Source of the DNA: Eledone cirrhosa
Lineage: Eukaryota
DNA length: 64,000 nucleotides
Direction: 5' to 3'
NCBI GenBank assembly: GCA_964016885.1
Contig: OZ024740.1
Location: 412,238,001 to 412,302,000, forward strand
Position numbers and translations under genes: made by a program. The notes under the pieces were generated by a model, which was not told where the DNA came from, made no database searches, and saw only the letters and a list, made by a program, of their open reading frames with translations. Of this stretch, positions 15,165 through 30,235 are shown piece after piece. Every line of letters begins with the position of its first letter. Position 1 is the stretch's first letter.

Positions 15165-15719
15165 CATTCGAACCCGTAACTATAACATCGCTTTCTAGCT
15201 AACCACCTTCTCTTCCCCCACACTACAAGACAATACACTGCTTATCACTATAAATGGTAACTCAGTGCAATTCGCAGATTACTACTACAAACCCAAAGTT
15301 CACTCACCGCATAAACTTCGTCTGACCCCTCTCTACCTCTCTCTCTACATCCATTACACTCTCTCTCTCTCGCCTTTGGCCTACCTCCCACTCCATATCT
15401 ATGAACCTGCCCTCTGGGGCAATAAATAATTCAGACCTTAACTGGCAAGGGCGGTGCCCCAGCATGGCCTCAGCCGGATGGCTGAAGCAGGTAAAAGAGT
15501 AAAAGAGTATCAACGCATCTCTCTAAAAGTAACCAGTATAATAAAACCCCTTCCATAACATTTTGATTAAGATATCTACAAACCACTCTCTCCTACTTCT
15601 CCAACCCCTGCATATCTTTCTCTCTCTCTCCCTCTCCCCTACTTTTCTCTCTTCCTTTTCTACTCTATCTTCTCCAACAACCCCACTTAAGGGTATTTAC
15701 ATTGTACATTTTACCATTC

Positions 15720-15831
15720 TGCTCTGAGGATACAGTGGTCACAGCATTGGATATTTGAGTTCTGCAAATAGTTGTAAATTTGCACATAGCATAACTAGGC
15801 TGTAGTACCACCGTGGAAACATTTGTAAGCA
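15720..15831 (+). ncRNA. Type I hammerhead ribozyme with ~85-nt expanded stem II
   Basis: tgct-CTGAGGA-(tac.gtggt.acagc...tgcaaat/atttgca...gctgt.accac.gtg)-GAAA-c-attt-g-TA-agca. Stem I is tgct/agca. Predicted cleavage is after A15827. Confidence 0.75.
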
Positions 15832-15881
15832 CACGGAATAAATTACCTTTTTATGATGTCTACCTGTTATTATTCATTCTT

Positions 15882-16013
<132 letters not shown>

Positions 16014-16187
16014 AGAAGATGAAGTTGGTAATAGCACGGGAGATATGTTTAAGGGTCTGTTTTTCTTTTTTGATTCGTCAAATGACATTATTGAAAATAT
16101 AGTGTTATTAAAAAGATAGCATTATTAAAAAAAGAGGGACAATTCTTTTTTTGAAATTTTTTTATGGAGTATATAAAGTGTTTGGAA

Positions 16188-16230
16188 AAATTACCGGTTT
16201 CGATGTATTAAAATCCATCTTGTCAAATTC
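16188..16230 (-). ncRNA. Minimal type I hammerhead, U3:A8 core variant
   Basis: Minus strand: gaat-TTGACAA-gatg-gattttaata-catc-GAAA-ccgg-TA-attt. Stem III is the palindrome ACCGGT. Confidence 0.75.
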
Positions 16231-16611
16231 AGTGAAAAAAGTTGATTAAAAAGGGAGTAAAAAAGTGTGTAAAATTAAAATCAAAAACGTATGCTTTAGC
16301 AAAATTTCTTCCATCATGCCTTCTGAAAAGTTGGCATGGAATGAGGCCAAGTGGTTTTGTTTAATCTAGTGGTCAATAGTTCAAAAGGAGATAGGGGGTT
16401 GTAGGGGCTGACTACTGCTGTAGGAGCTGACTATTGTGGTAGGTTGGTATGTGTGCATACCCACACACACATACACACACAAACACATGTATAGAGAGAG
16501 TGTGAGGGTGTATATACAACAGTACACACATGTGAGTGTGTGCGTATATGTATTCATAAGTCGTATGCGTATATGTGTGTGGGGTTGTTGTGCGTGTGTA
16601 TTTTTACAGTT

Positions 16612-17460
16612 TGTCTGTTAAAGTTATTTTGTAGAGGGGAATTAAGAAAAGTTCTTTTCTCTTCAAAATTCAGAAGATTGGCAAAAGTTAAGAGATGAAA
16701 TCCAAAGGATTTCCAGAATCCAAAAATTAAAAAATTAAAAATTAAAGATTAAAGAAGTTAAGAGAGTCAAGAGAACTCTTCCAAAAAACTTCAAAAGATA
16801 CTTTTCAAAAGAAACCTTAAGAAGCCTTTCTCACAAAAAAAATCATTCTTTAGAAGAAATTTTTAAAAGATCTTAAAAAATATTTTCAAAAAACGAGACA
16901 CAGTGCGTGTATATATAAACGTGAATGAGTAAATAAATAAATATATACACATAGGGAATTAAGTAACATTTTTTTCTACAAAATTCCGAAAATTGTGTGT
17001 GTGTGCTTTTACAATATGTCTGTTAAAGTTACTTCTGTAGAGTGGAACAAAGAAAAAATTCTTCTCTCTCCAAAATTCAGGGAATTGGCAAAAGTTAAGA
17101 GCTGAAATCCAAAGGATTCGCAGAATCCAAGAATTTAAAAAGTAAAGGAGTTAAGAGAGTTAAGAGGACTCTTCCAAAAAATCAAATCAAACGCAAAAGG
17201 AACCCTTCAAAAGAAGCATTAAAGAAACTCTCTCTCCAAAAAATCATTCTTAAAAGAGAAATTCTTAAAAGATCCTAAAAATTATTTCCAAAATCGAGAC
17301 ACAGCGCGTGCACATATATAAATGAATGAGTAAATAGATAACTATATGCATAAATATATACATACAGAGGGCATTAAGTAACATTTTGTTTCCCACAAAA
17401 TTCCGAAAATTGCCGAAAGTTAAAGGCAAAGGATTCTCAGAATCCAAAAGTTTAAAAATT
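16612..17460. repeat. Diverged ~405 bp tandem duplication inside the PLE 3' UTR
   Basis: tgtctgttaaagtta...aaaattcag...ttggcaaaagttaagag starts at ~16612 and again at ~17017. Confidence 0.75.
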
Positions 17461-17526
17461 AGAAAATTATTTTTTAGTGCGCGCGTGTGTGTGTGTGTGG
17501 GGGGGGGGGGGGGCTAATGAGGGTGA

Positions 17527-19786
17527 TTAAATATTTAGTTTTGGTTTAAATTTATTAATAAATATTTTTTCCTTATTTATTCTTTGTTGTTGAGTGAAAG
17601 AATCGGAGCTCTTGTAAACGGGGAAGATTTTAAAGTTGGGGAGAGTCATTCCTGTACAATCTGCAATGTGGCTGCTTAAGGCTATTTTCCTTGTGATTGC
17701 GTCTCGGATTTGTTGGCGATGGATGGTCATTATTTTGCGTAATGATACACCCATCTGCCCTATATAGTTATGTTGACAACCACCACATGTGATTACATAG
17801 ATTAGGTTCTCCGAGTTGCAAGTGAAGTTGTATTTCACTGTGAAAGTTTGGCCATCTTTGAACGTGAAATTTTGCCCTTCAATTAAGTGTAGGCATGTCC
17901 CACAGTTCGTTCTTCCGCATTTTGTTACCATAAGGTTGGAGATAGGTTTGTGTATCTTTGTTTGTGTGAGGATGTGTTTTAGTGATTTTGGTTGCCTTTT
18001 GCTTTTGATGATCTTGTGTGTTTCTAGAATCTTTTTCATTTTTCATCTTTAAATAGAATGGGGAGGTTTTTGTGTAAGAGGACGATATTTTGGTGTTTCT
18101 GGGTTTGAACGTGAATACATATGGTAAGGTATTGTTTGTGGTGTCGTGTTTTGGGTTGTTGGGTTGATGAACAATTGCGTATTTTGCTTTCTCTATACCG
18201 TTATTAATTATGTTAAGTGGGAAGGCTCTTAAGGTGAGTGTGTTTTTGAGTTCCTTTAGTCTTTGTTCCGGTTTAGCTAGGTCTGATACTATAGTGCATA
18301 TACGTTTGGCTAAATTGAGAGGGATGTTAAGTTTTGTATGTTTTGGGTGATTTGATGTGAATAGGAGGTACTGTTTGGAGTCCGTGTGTAATAGATGTCT
18401 GTCTCTATTTTTCCATCTGTTTTTAGAATGAGAATATCCAGGAAGGCTAATTCCTTGGAGTTCGATTCCATTGTGAATTGTATATTATTGTTAATGTTGT
18501 TAATCATATTCTTGAAAAGGGTGAGTGTGTTTGTGTTTTCCTGCCAAAGAATGAAGCAATCGTCGAGGTATCTCTTCCAGTTGTTTTTGAGATGTGTAAG
18601 GAAAAAGTCTCCGAATAATAGAAGGGTTTGGTTGTAGAGTTGTTGTTCGTTGAAACCCATGACTAAGTTGGCGGATGTGGAGGCTACCTTTGTGCCCATT
18701 GCAGTTCCTGAGATTTGTCGGTATGTTGAGTCCTTGAAAGTAAAGAAATTATTCTGTAAGATAAATTGGAGTCCATCAATAATGAAGTTTTTGTTGATGC
18801 GTGTTGGTATTTCAGATTGTTGAGTGTCTAGCCAAAACTGGATTGCTGCTATTCCATGGTTATGGGTATGTTAATGTAGAGATTTATTACGTCAAAGGAG
18901 ACTAGAATAGTGCTTTCACTTACTGTTTTGGGTAGGTGGTTCAGCATATCCAGGTCATCTCGTATGTAGCTTTGTATATGTTTTAGAAAGGGCTTCAGTA
19001 GGATGTCCAGGAAGTTGCTAATTCTGTGGGTTTCACATGCAGGGCCTGCTATAATTGGGCTCAGTGGTCTGAGTCTTCTAGTAGTGTTAATTGTATGTAT
19101 TTATTAGTTGAGGTGTCCCATGCATTGCTTATGCGTTTACATTTATGTATCTTCGGTAAGCCGTAAAAGGCACTTGTATTACATTTGAAATGGCTTATGT
19201 ATTCAAATTCCTTTGTGGTTAGGCTACTGCGGTATTTGTGCAGTAATGGTAGGAGGTTCCCCATAGTTTTTGTTTGTTTGTAGTTTGCTGTTTTTTCGTA
19301 GTATCTGTTGTCAACTAAGATTTTGAGTGCCAGGTCTCTATAGTAATCAATGTCCATAATGACTACAGTGCTCCATTTATCATCTTCTTTGATGGTTATT
19401 TCAGTGTGGTTTCGCAGTGTGAATAATTCTTTCCATTCGTGTTTGGAGAGGTTCGATTTCATGTGTTTATTTATGATTTGTTCATAGAGACAGTTGATGG
19501 TGCGTTCGCAGTAGATGTCCAGTGCTGTGTTCCTCCCTTTCTGTGGGCAGAAATCACTTTTGTTTCTGATTATTGATTCGTCTTCATTATTGCTGTCATT
19601 AGAGAAGTATTCTATTAATCTGAGTTTTAGGCAGAATTCCATGATGTCATCTTTCATTTCGGGGAAGTTAGATTTTTGTGGTGTGGGTGTAGATTTCAGT
19701 CCCTTACTTAATATATTAATTTGTGTGTTGGTTAGTGATACTTTTGAAAGGGTAATTATCTTCGGCTTCTCATGAGTGGGAGCCAA
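17527..19786 (-). pseudogene. PLE reverse transcriptase + GIY-YIG ORF with frameshifts
   Basis: ORF pieces 19061..19786, 18310..18699 and 17527..18039 are colinear parts of one RT-thumb-Zn linker-EN protein. Confidence 0.9.
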
Positions 19787-22019
19787 CGGGTGTCCTGGTA
19801 TTTCAGTCCTGTTCCTAAAAAAGGAATGTTGTGTTGGTCGTAATTGTAGCCTGCTTATCTGTTTTGTATGGGTCTGTAGTTAGTTTTTAAATAAGAGTTA
19901 ATGTGGTGATGGGGGTGGTATCTGTTGTAGTTGTTATTGTGTAAGGGTTCTGTTGCGGGTTCATGTGGTCTGGGTGGGTTCCTTCTAGGATGCAAATAAA
20001 TATCCATTAAATTCCAATGAGTTTGTTACAGCCATCTACCTATCTACATATATATCTATTTACGGACAGTTATTTTCATTTGGGCTTCGCTTATTTAGTG
20101 TTAATTGATCTTGTACAGAGATAGATATATTGGTAAATACATAACTATAGATGGTGTGTGAGTGAGACAGCTGTGTAAGCAAATAAATGATGGAGAAGAG
20201 AACGTAAAGCAGAGTAGAAAATAGTTAAGAGTATCAGATGTAAGGTAAGAAGATTGAGCTGAATTGAACTTAAAGATAGCTATAACATGAGATAAAACTT
20301 GTTTAGGGATAGTGTAGATTTCACATTTTACTTTTCGTTTAGGTAATGAATTTGGGAAGATATAGTGTGTGTAACCGATGTAGAAATTGAAAGTTACGAT
20401 AAGATAGGATTATTTGGGGAAATAATGAAATGCGGTGTGGTAAATAAATTCAAAATTAGAATAACATAAACGTTGCAATGGACTACGAGACGTCTTGCTG
20501 CATAATTAGTGGTTAGTTGCTAGTAGCGAGAATTGATGGTGATATAAAGATAAGAAACAGAAATAATAAAAGTAATGGTCAGGAAATTATTAGATGAATG
20601 AAGGAAATACGTAAGGAAAGAATGAATAAACAAACATTAGTTATAAACGAATGATTTGTAAATGGAAATTTTGGAATGAAAACGAATTCTGACATATGAC
20701 AACTGTAAGGACGAAACAAATAAATAGCAATCGAAGCAAAATATGTTAAATTCGTTGTTATCGTTGTTGTTTTAGATGCTGCTTTGACTGTTTAGATGAC
20801 AGCGCATGACTTAGACGTTAGAGTTTCAGTCTCACGATCATAAATACCTGAGGTGCCTCGGAGCACACTGCTCGTTGTCTTAGAGCAAGACATGTTAGTT
20901 GCCACTGCACCAGTTTATTCAGCTGCAAAACAGTGTTGCAACGAGGCTGGTACCAAGCTGCATGGAGATGCAATCACTGGTTTATGCATAATGGTTGTAA
21001 ACGATATGACCAGCCACTACTGGCTGAGGACATTTCCATTTCTTTAACGTTTTAGCCCTAAATAAGCGTTAATTTTAGAAACAAGTGATAAAAGTTATTC
21101 CCGCACTAATAATCAATATAGTAATTATTATCCAAAGTGTTTTCTTTTTAGAAGAAGACGGCGTATGGATATGAAGATGTTCTATGATGCAGCCGGATCG
21201 GGAAATGTTGAGTTATAATTATGGTAGTGAAACTGAAAATTCCTCTCACTATTGTGAGGAATACAATGGCAGAGTGTATTTGTCTAATACTTAATCTCAT
21301 TATGTCATCATTTACCGGATTATATTCAAAGGATAAATTTGTCTATAATTTTACCGAATATGCAAAACCACCGTTTTTGATATTAGTCAAATATTAAAAT
21401 GATAGATGATAAATAAATAAAAATACAAATGTGATTACTATTTGAGAGATGAGCGACAAAAGATAGGTTTGATAATTGATGATGATATATCAAGAGAAAT
21501 TGTCTGATTAAAATGTTACATAATTCCATGTTTCGGCCTCAATCCCGCCTCGCAATGTCTTCTTTAGCTACAGGTTGACTACTGCATTGTAGTGGGACAT
21601 TTCGTAGATGGAAACTGCAGACGTTCGACCTACATATTGATACACACACACACACACATCTGTGTTTTTGTGTCAGTGTATATGAGTGTGTTTTATTGCC
21701 ATTGTTTATATCTAGCGACATAGTAGCTCTACAAAAACTGTTCGATAAGATAAGTATCAGATAAGATAAAAGTAACATGTCTGCTGCCAAGCGACTGTCT
21801 CAAATAATTAAAGAAATAAATCAAATGAAACAAAATTAAACGAGAAATGGATTGAACCTTAATATTGTAAAGATGTGAAACGAAAAGGAACGACAGAAAA
21901 GCATACAGAAGTAGCGAATATGTTGTTGTTGTGACAGCTCACACCTAATCAGGTTTAGCTGACCTCCTCCAAGGTATATCTAGTTGGAGGTGTCTTGGGT
22001 GATTTAATGATAGGGATCC

Positions 22020-22273
<254 letters not shown>

Positions 22274-22327
22274 CATACATACATACATACATACATACAT
22301 ACATACATACATACATACATACATACA

Positions 22328-22936
22328 TGGTGGCTGCCAACTCGTTTTAGAGTACGGCCACTACTTTATATCCATGTAGGAGAACCCCTGCCGATGCGCT
22401 GAGCGAGTGTGACTTTTTAGTCCAGCCAGCGACTTGAAAACTTTGGTACAAATACAACACTTGTGACAATTATTGACACATAGTGCTGGGCCCATGGTAC
22501 CATGTGATGACAAGGGCAGGGAGATCTCCAGATATAAAGCAATGCCTGTGCCGTGAAGCTTTTGTAGTGAGCAAAGGCACTGCACAAAGCCAGTCCCACT
22601 CTCTTAACCAAGATGATATTTACCAGAAAGAAGAACAAGTCAACATCGTTGGATACCACCAGAGTTGCAGGTGTTATATCAGAGTTTTCCTTCTCCTAGA
22701 ATTCTGCCTTGACAAAGCCTAAGGGGTCATCTCTCCCGGTGATTTTGGATGGCCATTGACACTTAATAGATCCTTTGCCCTATGACAGGTTTTGTTTTTA
22801 GTCCTGTAGGATGTCCAAAGTCACCCTCCTCACCAAGAAATCTTGGTGGGGTTGCCAGTTTAGTCGCCAACGACCCGACCATGAGACAGGTTGTACTGGG
22901 ATACATGTTACCAGTAGCACCAACTGGTGATCTGAC
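22328..22936 (-). mobile_element. Non-autonomous, internally deleted RTE-like retroposon, copy 1, with (ATGT)n tail
   Basis: An RTE-like 5' UTR (gaaggaaaactctgatataa) is joined to a 3' end encoding CxxCxKVFKSLAGLKSHTRSAH, and the element ends in (ATGT)n. Confidence 0.6.
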
Positions 22937-23013
22937 ATACATACATACATACATACATACATACATACATACATACATACATACATACATACATACATAC
23001 ATACATACATACA

Positions 23014-23613
23014 TGGTGGCTGCCAACACGTTTTCGAGTACGGCCACTACTTTATATCCATGTAGGAGAACCCCTACCAATGCGCTGAACGAGTGACTTT
23101 TTAGTCCAGCCAGTGACTTGAAAACTCTGGTACAAACACTACACTTGTGACAATTATTGACTCATAGTGCATTGCCTTTGGTACCATGTGACAAGTGCAG
23201 AGAGATCTCCAGATATAAAGCAATGCCTGTGCCGTGAAGCTTTTATAGTGAGCAAAGACACTGCACAAAGCCAGTCCCACTCTCTTAACCAAGATGATAT
23301 TTACCAAAAGGAAGAACAAGTCAACATCATTGGATACCATCAGGGTTGCAGGTGTTATATCAGAGTTTTCCTTCTCCTAGAATTCTGCCTTGACAAAGGC
23401 TAAGGGGTCATCTCTCCCAGTGATTTTGGATTGCCATTGACTCTTAAGAGCTCCTTTGCCCTTTGACAGGTTTTGTTTTTAGTCCTGCAGGATGTCCAAA
23501 GTCACCCTCCTCACCAAGAAACCTTGGTGGGGTTGCCAGTTTAGTCGCCAACGACCCGTCCATGAGACAGGTTGTACTGGGATACATGTTACCAGTAGCA
23601 CCAAGTGGTGACC

Positions 23614-23617
<4 letters not shown>
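23014..23617 (-). mobile_element. Non-autonomous RTE-like retroposon, copy 2
   Basis: Closely similar copy of 22328-22936, separated from it only by (ACAT)n. Confidence 0.6.
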
Positions 23618-23699
<82 letters not shown>

Positions 23700-23707
<8 letters not shown>

Positions 23708-24305
23708 ATACTTTGGGAGGGTCATGCTGCCAATAAGAAACACACGCACCAGTTGCTTTCACTTCAATTTATTATAATAAATTTATAATAAATTTATAAA
23801 TTTATAAATTTTTGGTTCGTTGGTTGGTTCCACAACCAGATAGTTGTTTATATATTGTCATAGTTCTTTCGTCACACACTCTGTGACCTCTTCAGTGACT
23901 GGGGATTCCTTTCTTTGTTTCTGTGCCTCTCCTTTGTTCTGTCCTACGCCATTTTGTTTCTGTGTGTGTGTTGTGTGCTCAGTCTGCACATGCGCCACAT
24001 CCGGGTGTCTGTGTGTGTTTATGTTCATTTATTTATTTGTTTATTTACATGTTACTGGTTGGTTGTTTGTTCTATGTGTGTGTGTGTTTTCATTTTGTCC
24101 TTAATTGTAAGTTGTGATGTTGCTGTTCCACTCATATTTTCTATTTAATTTTGGTTGTAATTCTTTTATGTTTATTGCCTCTGTAATTTGTCTAAACATT
24201 GCGTCTTTTCTGTGTGTAGATTCTATTATTTCTATGTTCTCTAATTTACCCTTGTGTTCTATTTTAGCATGTTGGTAACATGTCCCTCCCAAAGTATAAC
24301 AATAT
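23700..24305 (-). mobile_element. PLE 3' fragment (GIY-YIG C-terminus + 3' UTR) with short inverted terminal copy
   Basis: H...EH...RQITEAINIKELQPKLNRKYEW. The ends atattgttatactttgggagg and cctcccaaagtataacaatat are inverted. A related copy lies at ~60560-60910. Confidence 0.7.
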
Positions 24306-24357
24306 CGGTTTCAACACACGATTTCAGATAAAGAATCTTGCTAAACAAATTCAGGAA

Positions 24358-24403
<46 letters not shown>

Positions 24404-24409
24404 TTTTAC

Positions 24410-24463
<54 letters not shown>

Positions 24464-24471
24464 TTTTACTC

Positions 24472-24578
<107 letters not shown>

Positions 24579-24819
24579 ATATATGTATATATATATATAT
24601 ATTTGGAGGCCATTTCTCTATGTGTGTGGGTGTATGTATGTGTATGTGTGTGTGTGTGTATGTGTGTGCATGTGGATGTATGTATGTGTATGTATTGTGT
24701 GTGTGTGTATGTATGTGTGTATCTGGATGTATGCGTATGTGTATATATATCTGTGTGTGTATATATATGTGTGTGTATGTGTATATATGTGTGTGTGTGT
24801 GTGTGTGTATATGTGTATG

Positions 24820-24880
<61 letters not shown>

Positions 24881-25033
24881 ATGTATGTATCTGGATGTAT
24901 GTGTATGTATATGTATGTGTGTGTGTGTATATATATATGTGTGTGTATGTGTATATATGTGTGTGTGTGTATGTGTGTGTGTGTATGTATATGTATGTGT
25001 GTGTATGTATGTGTGTATATGTATATATATGTG

Positions 25034-25066
<33 letters not shown>

Positions 25067-25455
25067 GTGTGTGTATATGTATGTATATGTATATGTATGT
25101 GTGTGTGGATGAGGGTATCTGTGTATGTATAGGTGTAAGTGCACTAAATCCCTATCTATCACTCTCCCCTCTCCTACCGACCACAGGGAGATATATGTAT
25201 GTATATTGCTTCCACCCCCTCACTGACCAGCAGCTGGCCATCTGGCCATTGCTAAATCTGACCTTTATAAAATAACCCCCCCCCCAAAAAAAAATAACTC
25301 CTCATTCACTACTAGAAAGGCACACAGCAGTCAACTTGCTGCTACCAAGATGAAAACTTCTATGAAATCCCACATTGAATTTTATACTTGAATTTTCAAA
25401 TCTTAAATTTTAACTCTTCTTATTATTAATTTTATTAATTTTCTTAATATTAATC

Positions 25456-25503
25456 AACATTTGAAAAGATGGCTTTTGCAGACCCATCGAAACCGGTCAT
25501 TTT
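25456..25503 (+). ncRNA. Minimal type I hammerhead, U3:A8 core variant, in a solo pLTR-like fragment (~25130-25620)
   Basis: aacat-TTGAAAA-gatgg-cttttgcagac-ccatc-GAAA-ccgg-TC-atttt. Stem I is weak (one mismatch). Confidence 0.65.
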
Positions 25504-25643
25504 TTATACCGTTTATTATTTCCTTACCTTATAAAATTATATGTTTTTTCACAAAAAAGTATTCTGTCTCTTACATATTCCATGTGCCATTACCAACCTC
25601 AATTTTCTCTCTCTCTCTCTCTATATGTATATATATATATATG

Positions 25644-25748
<105 letters not shown>

Positions 25749-25755
25749 GTATATA

Positions 25756-25797
<42 letters not shown>

Positions 25798-25883
25798 GAT
25801 ATATGTCTATATATATATATATGTATATATATATAAGTATATATATATGTGTAAGTATATATATATATATGTATATATATATG

Positions 25884-26037
<154 letters not shown>

Positions 26038-26154
26038 TATATACATATATATATATATATACATATATATATCATAGTATAATAACACTTTCAAGGATTT
26101 ACAGCAGTCCAGCCTCCTATTATTTTATTTCATTTATATATATATATATAAAAA

Positions 26155-26788
26155 GAATGAATAATAACAGGTAGACATCATAAAAAGGTAATTTATTCCG
26201 TGTGCTTACAAATGTTTCCACGGTGGTACTACAGCCTAGTTATGCTATGTGCAAATTACAACTATTTGCAGAACTCAAATATCCAATGCTGTGACCACTG
26301 TATCCTCAGAGCAGATGCTTAAAATGTAGAATGTAAATACCCTTAAGTGGGGTTGTTGGAGAAGATAGAGAAGAAAAGGAATAGAGAAAAGTAGGGGAGA
26401 GGGAGAGAGAGAGAAAGATATGCAGGGGTTGGAGAAATAGGAGAGAGTGGTTTGTAGATATCTTAATCAAAATGTTATGGTAGGGGTTTTATTATACTGG
26501 TTACTTTTGGAGAGATGGGTTGATAGTTAAGGTCTGAATTATTTATTGCCCCAGAGGGCAGGTTCATAGATGTGGAGAGGGAGGTAGGCCAAAGGCGAGA
26601 GAGAGAGAGTGTAATGGATGTAGAGAGAGAGGTACAGAGGGGACAGACGAAGTCTATGTGGTGAGTGAACTTTGGGTTCGTAGTAGTAATCTGCGAATTG
26701 CAGTGAGTTACCATTTAGAGTGATAAGCAGTGTATTGTCTTGTAGTGTGGGGGAAGAGAAGGTGGTTAGCTAGAAAGCGATATTATAG

Positions 26789-26791
<3 letters not shown>
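26155..26791 (-). mobile_element. Solo pLTR/3' UTR copy of the element at 14690-15880, in inverted orientation
   Basis: Reverse complement of ~15177-15880 with an internal deletion of ~75 bp, flanked by (TA)n. Confidence 0.9.
26203..26313 (-). ncRNA. Type I hammerhead with expanded stem II (copy of 15720-15831)
   Basis: Core CTGAGGA/GAAA/GTA and all helices are retained. Confidence 0.75.
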
Positions 26792-26851
<60 letters not shown>

Positions 26852-26863
26852 TATATGTATATA

Positions 26864-26939
<76 letters not shown>

Positions 26940-26951
26940 TATATGTATATA

Positions 26952-27021
<70 letters not shown>

Positions 27022-27022
27022 T

Positions 27023-27061
<39 letters not shown>

Positions 27062-27068
27062 TATATAC

Positions 27069-27113
<45 letters not shown>

Positions 27114-27174
27114 TATACATATATATATATATATACATATATACACATATATATATACATATATATATATATAC

Positions 27175-27225
<51 letters not shown>

Positions 27226-27287
27226 CATATATAGACATATATAGACATATATAGACATATAGCCCCAATTCTAACCACCCTAAGTCT

Positions 27288-28667
27288 ATGATAAACTCTA
27301 TAATAAAGGGCGTTTCTAATAGGATGTCCACACTATCTAAGGACATAGGAACTTTTAATGAACATGCGGAGTACTACAATAATGCCCTAGCAAATTCAGG
27401 TCACTCTAGTAAAATAAATTATAATAATAGTAACTTTAGAAAGTCTCCGCTTACTCTTAATAATAATAACATTATATCACATAACATGGCCATGAATGGG
27501 AGTAGCAAACATAGTAACCGTAGAACTTATATAGGAGTATCTGAACCCACCCATAAGTTATCCCACCGGACTCGTAATAACAAATATAATACCTCTAAGA
27601 GACAAGTCGAGCCCCCTGCGCGCTCACGCATTGGTGTTGGTTTGGCTGGATCTTATTCTAGTAATGTTGCTCCTATTGATCCTATCATTGGCCTTAATCC
27701 TCTTGTAGGGATTCTGGACAACAGCGGATCTACTAGAGGTAGAAACTATAATAAGCATAATGAAATTATGGCTGATTCTATGAATGTGGCTTCAACTATT
27801 CCCGATAGTAACCCTAGTCTCGACGGTGAGACATTTGATAGAGGTAGGGTCGATAAGAATAAAAATAAAAATAGAAGGCGATTGAATACTTATTTCAACC
27901 CGCCATATAATCAGGATGTATCAACTAATATCCCTAGGTCTTTCTTCACTATCTTGGAGAAAAATTTCCCCCCTTCTCACAAATACCATAGTATTTTTAA
28001 TAAAAATGTTATTAAACTCTCATTCTCTACCACCCCTAATATTAGTTCTCATTTAGCTAGCACGAATAATAGGAAAATTAGGGATGGATTCTCCTCTCTA
28101 CATACTACTAGTCTGAATGCATCGGACAATGCTTTACCACCAGAACAGTCCTTATCTAATAGAGGTCCTACGTGCAATACATCACCACTCGAGTCAACCA
28201 ATAACACCCGGAAGTGCAATTGTAGAGTGACTGCTAACTGCCCTCTAAACGGTAACTGCCTTTCTAAGAACATTGTCTATGCTTGCGAGGTTATAACTAA
28301 TTCCTCTAAAAGAACGTATATAGGATCTACTTCAAACACTTTTAAGACTTGGTTTAACTCTCATATCTCTAACTTCAAACATGTTAGGTTTAAGAACTCT
28401 ACCTCTCTAGCGCATTATATCTGGGATCTTAAGGGAGCTTATATACCATATAGCCTTAACTGGAGTTTAGTAGCACGATCTAACCACCTTTCTGCACATA
28501 GTAAGTTTTGTAATCTCTGTATACTTGAGACACACTCTATTATTTTCTCTAGCGTATCCTTACTGAATAGAAAGTCTGAGATATTCTCTTCTTGCCCCCA
28601 TGCCATTTCTAATTCTTATTTTTATTATAAACCCAAATGTTCAAGTAGTACAAATTGTACCCATTAG
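27288..28667 (+). pseudogene. PLE RT thumb + GIY-YIG endonuclease (open frame, RT core missing)
   Basis: [39 protein letters not shown]...CPLNGNCL..NIVY.C...YIGST..FK, CNLC..E, LLNRKSEIFSSCPH. Confidence 0.9.
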
Positions 28668-30197
28668 CAGATATATTCCATTACTTAGTTTTTTGTTTGA
28701 GTTCTTTTGTTTGCCAACATTAATGTTATCATTGGTTTTTGATGACTCTTCATTCTAGCTCTCATAATCATTTGGCCACTGTACCATATCTATGTCTTCA
28801 CTATTACACCTTGTTAGTATACATAAGATTACACACTTTACGCCACTTACGTTATTCTATTATTATCTTTATATTTTTTTATTATTATTAACTTTAATTT
28901 TAATTTTAATATTATTTTTATTTTTATTTTTAATTCTATTTTTATTTCTAAGTCTATTCTGATTTATCTATCGACACCCCCCTTCTCCCCCCTCCCCTTC
29001 CCCCCATGCACACATAAACTTATTGTCAACCCCTCCAGATTGAATATGATTATATTTAACCCCCCCCCCTCTTTTATGCTCCGGTCTATTATTTATTATA
29101 GTATATCGAATATATTTTATGCCACTTCGCACCCTCCATATATTTTGTCAATTCTGTCCCCATTAGCCTACCTTAACTCTACTTAAGTCAGTTTTTTAGA
29201 TATCGTTGCGTATATGATAGTGTAATTTTATTCCTTTTTGTAAACATTTGTAATGATACATTAAAGTTTATATACTTTAATGACTTAAACTACAGCTAAT
29301 ATTATACTACCTTATTGGACGGGTTCGATATGTTTAATATTAATTTATCAGATAGGGTTTGGAGTCATTTAAAATGATCGCTTTCCTTGGTGTTTACCTA
29401 ATTTCTTAATGCACGCGAGGCCTAAATGTGTATACTTTTGCTTTTGTTTTGTAATTTCCGGTTGATTGTATTTATTTGTTTTATTCTATATTCTATTTAC
29501 TATTCACTGTCTGGCTTCGCTTACTCATCCACACATGTCTGTCTACTAACCTTGTAATTATAAGTATTTATATATTTTATGCCAATTTTAAAATATATTA
29601 CATTATGATATAGATCCTTATTACTTACCGTTCATTATATATAACATTGTGATATTTAAACTTTATATATCATGTAAGATGTCTGGATTTTTTTATATTG
29701 TAATATCTAACATTATGATATTTAGACTTTACATATCATGTTAGATGTCTGTATATTTTTTTCTGTAACATCATATCTTTTCTGTAACATCACAATTTTT
29801 CCCTGTACCATTATAGTTTTTTTGAGTATTATATTATATGATTTATATTTCCTCATTTATTATGTAACCCAGTATGAATCAATTTGTGTATATATTGTTT
29901 ATGGTACTTGTTAACATAATGTTAACATTTTATCATTGTATTTCATTGTGACATCTATATTGTTTCTGTAAATTAACCGGGGATTATCTATTCTACTTTA
30001 TTATATTGTATTGAATTATATAATTTTGTTGTTTATTATTTGTTATATGTGTTTCTTGTAATTATATCATATTATTGCCTCATGTATATTGGGTAGATGT
30101 ATTAGTTTTATTTTCACTATTACCATGCTTATTTTTAATATTCAAACTTCTAATAGGGCTTAATTTCTGTGTAATAGAACATAGATATGTGTATTGT

Positions 30198-30235
<38 letters not shown>

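Larger units (their letters stand above)
14690..15880 (+). mobile_element. 5'-truncated Naiad-like Penelope-like element (GIY-YIG endonuclease + 3' UTR/pLTR with HHR), flanked by (TA)n
   Basis: The ORF contains CNC...CPL..ECL..NIVY.C....YYIGSTTTSFKSRWYRH...LANKTWQL...LKW...CRLCNLE. An HHR lies at 15720-15831 and (TA)n flanks both sides. The clade call comes from motif recall. Confidence 0.85.
16020..19990 (-). mobile_element. Neptune-like Penelope-like element, decayed and 5'-truncated
   Basis: RT motifs FYGLPKIHK, GTAMGTK, WKRYLDDCF; Cys linker CGRTNCGTC; EN motif NLIYVITC...YIGQ. A 3' pLTR HHR lies at 16188-16230. Confidence 0.9.

Noticed and set aside
20848-21290. Possible host exons (more balanced GC, splice-like ends)
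   Set aside because: The plausible frames contain stops and no protein is recognisable. Transcript data are needed.
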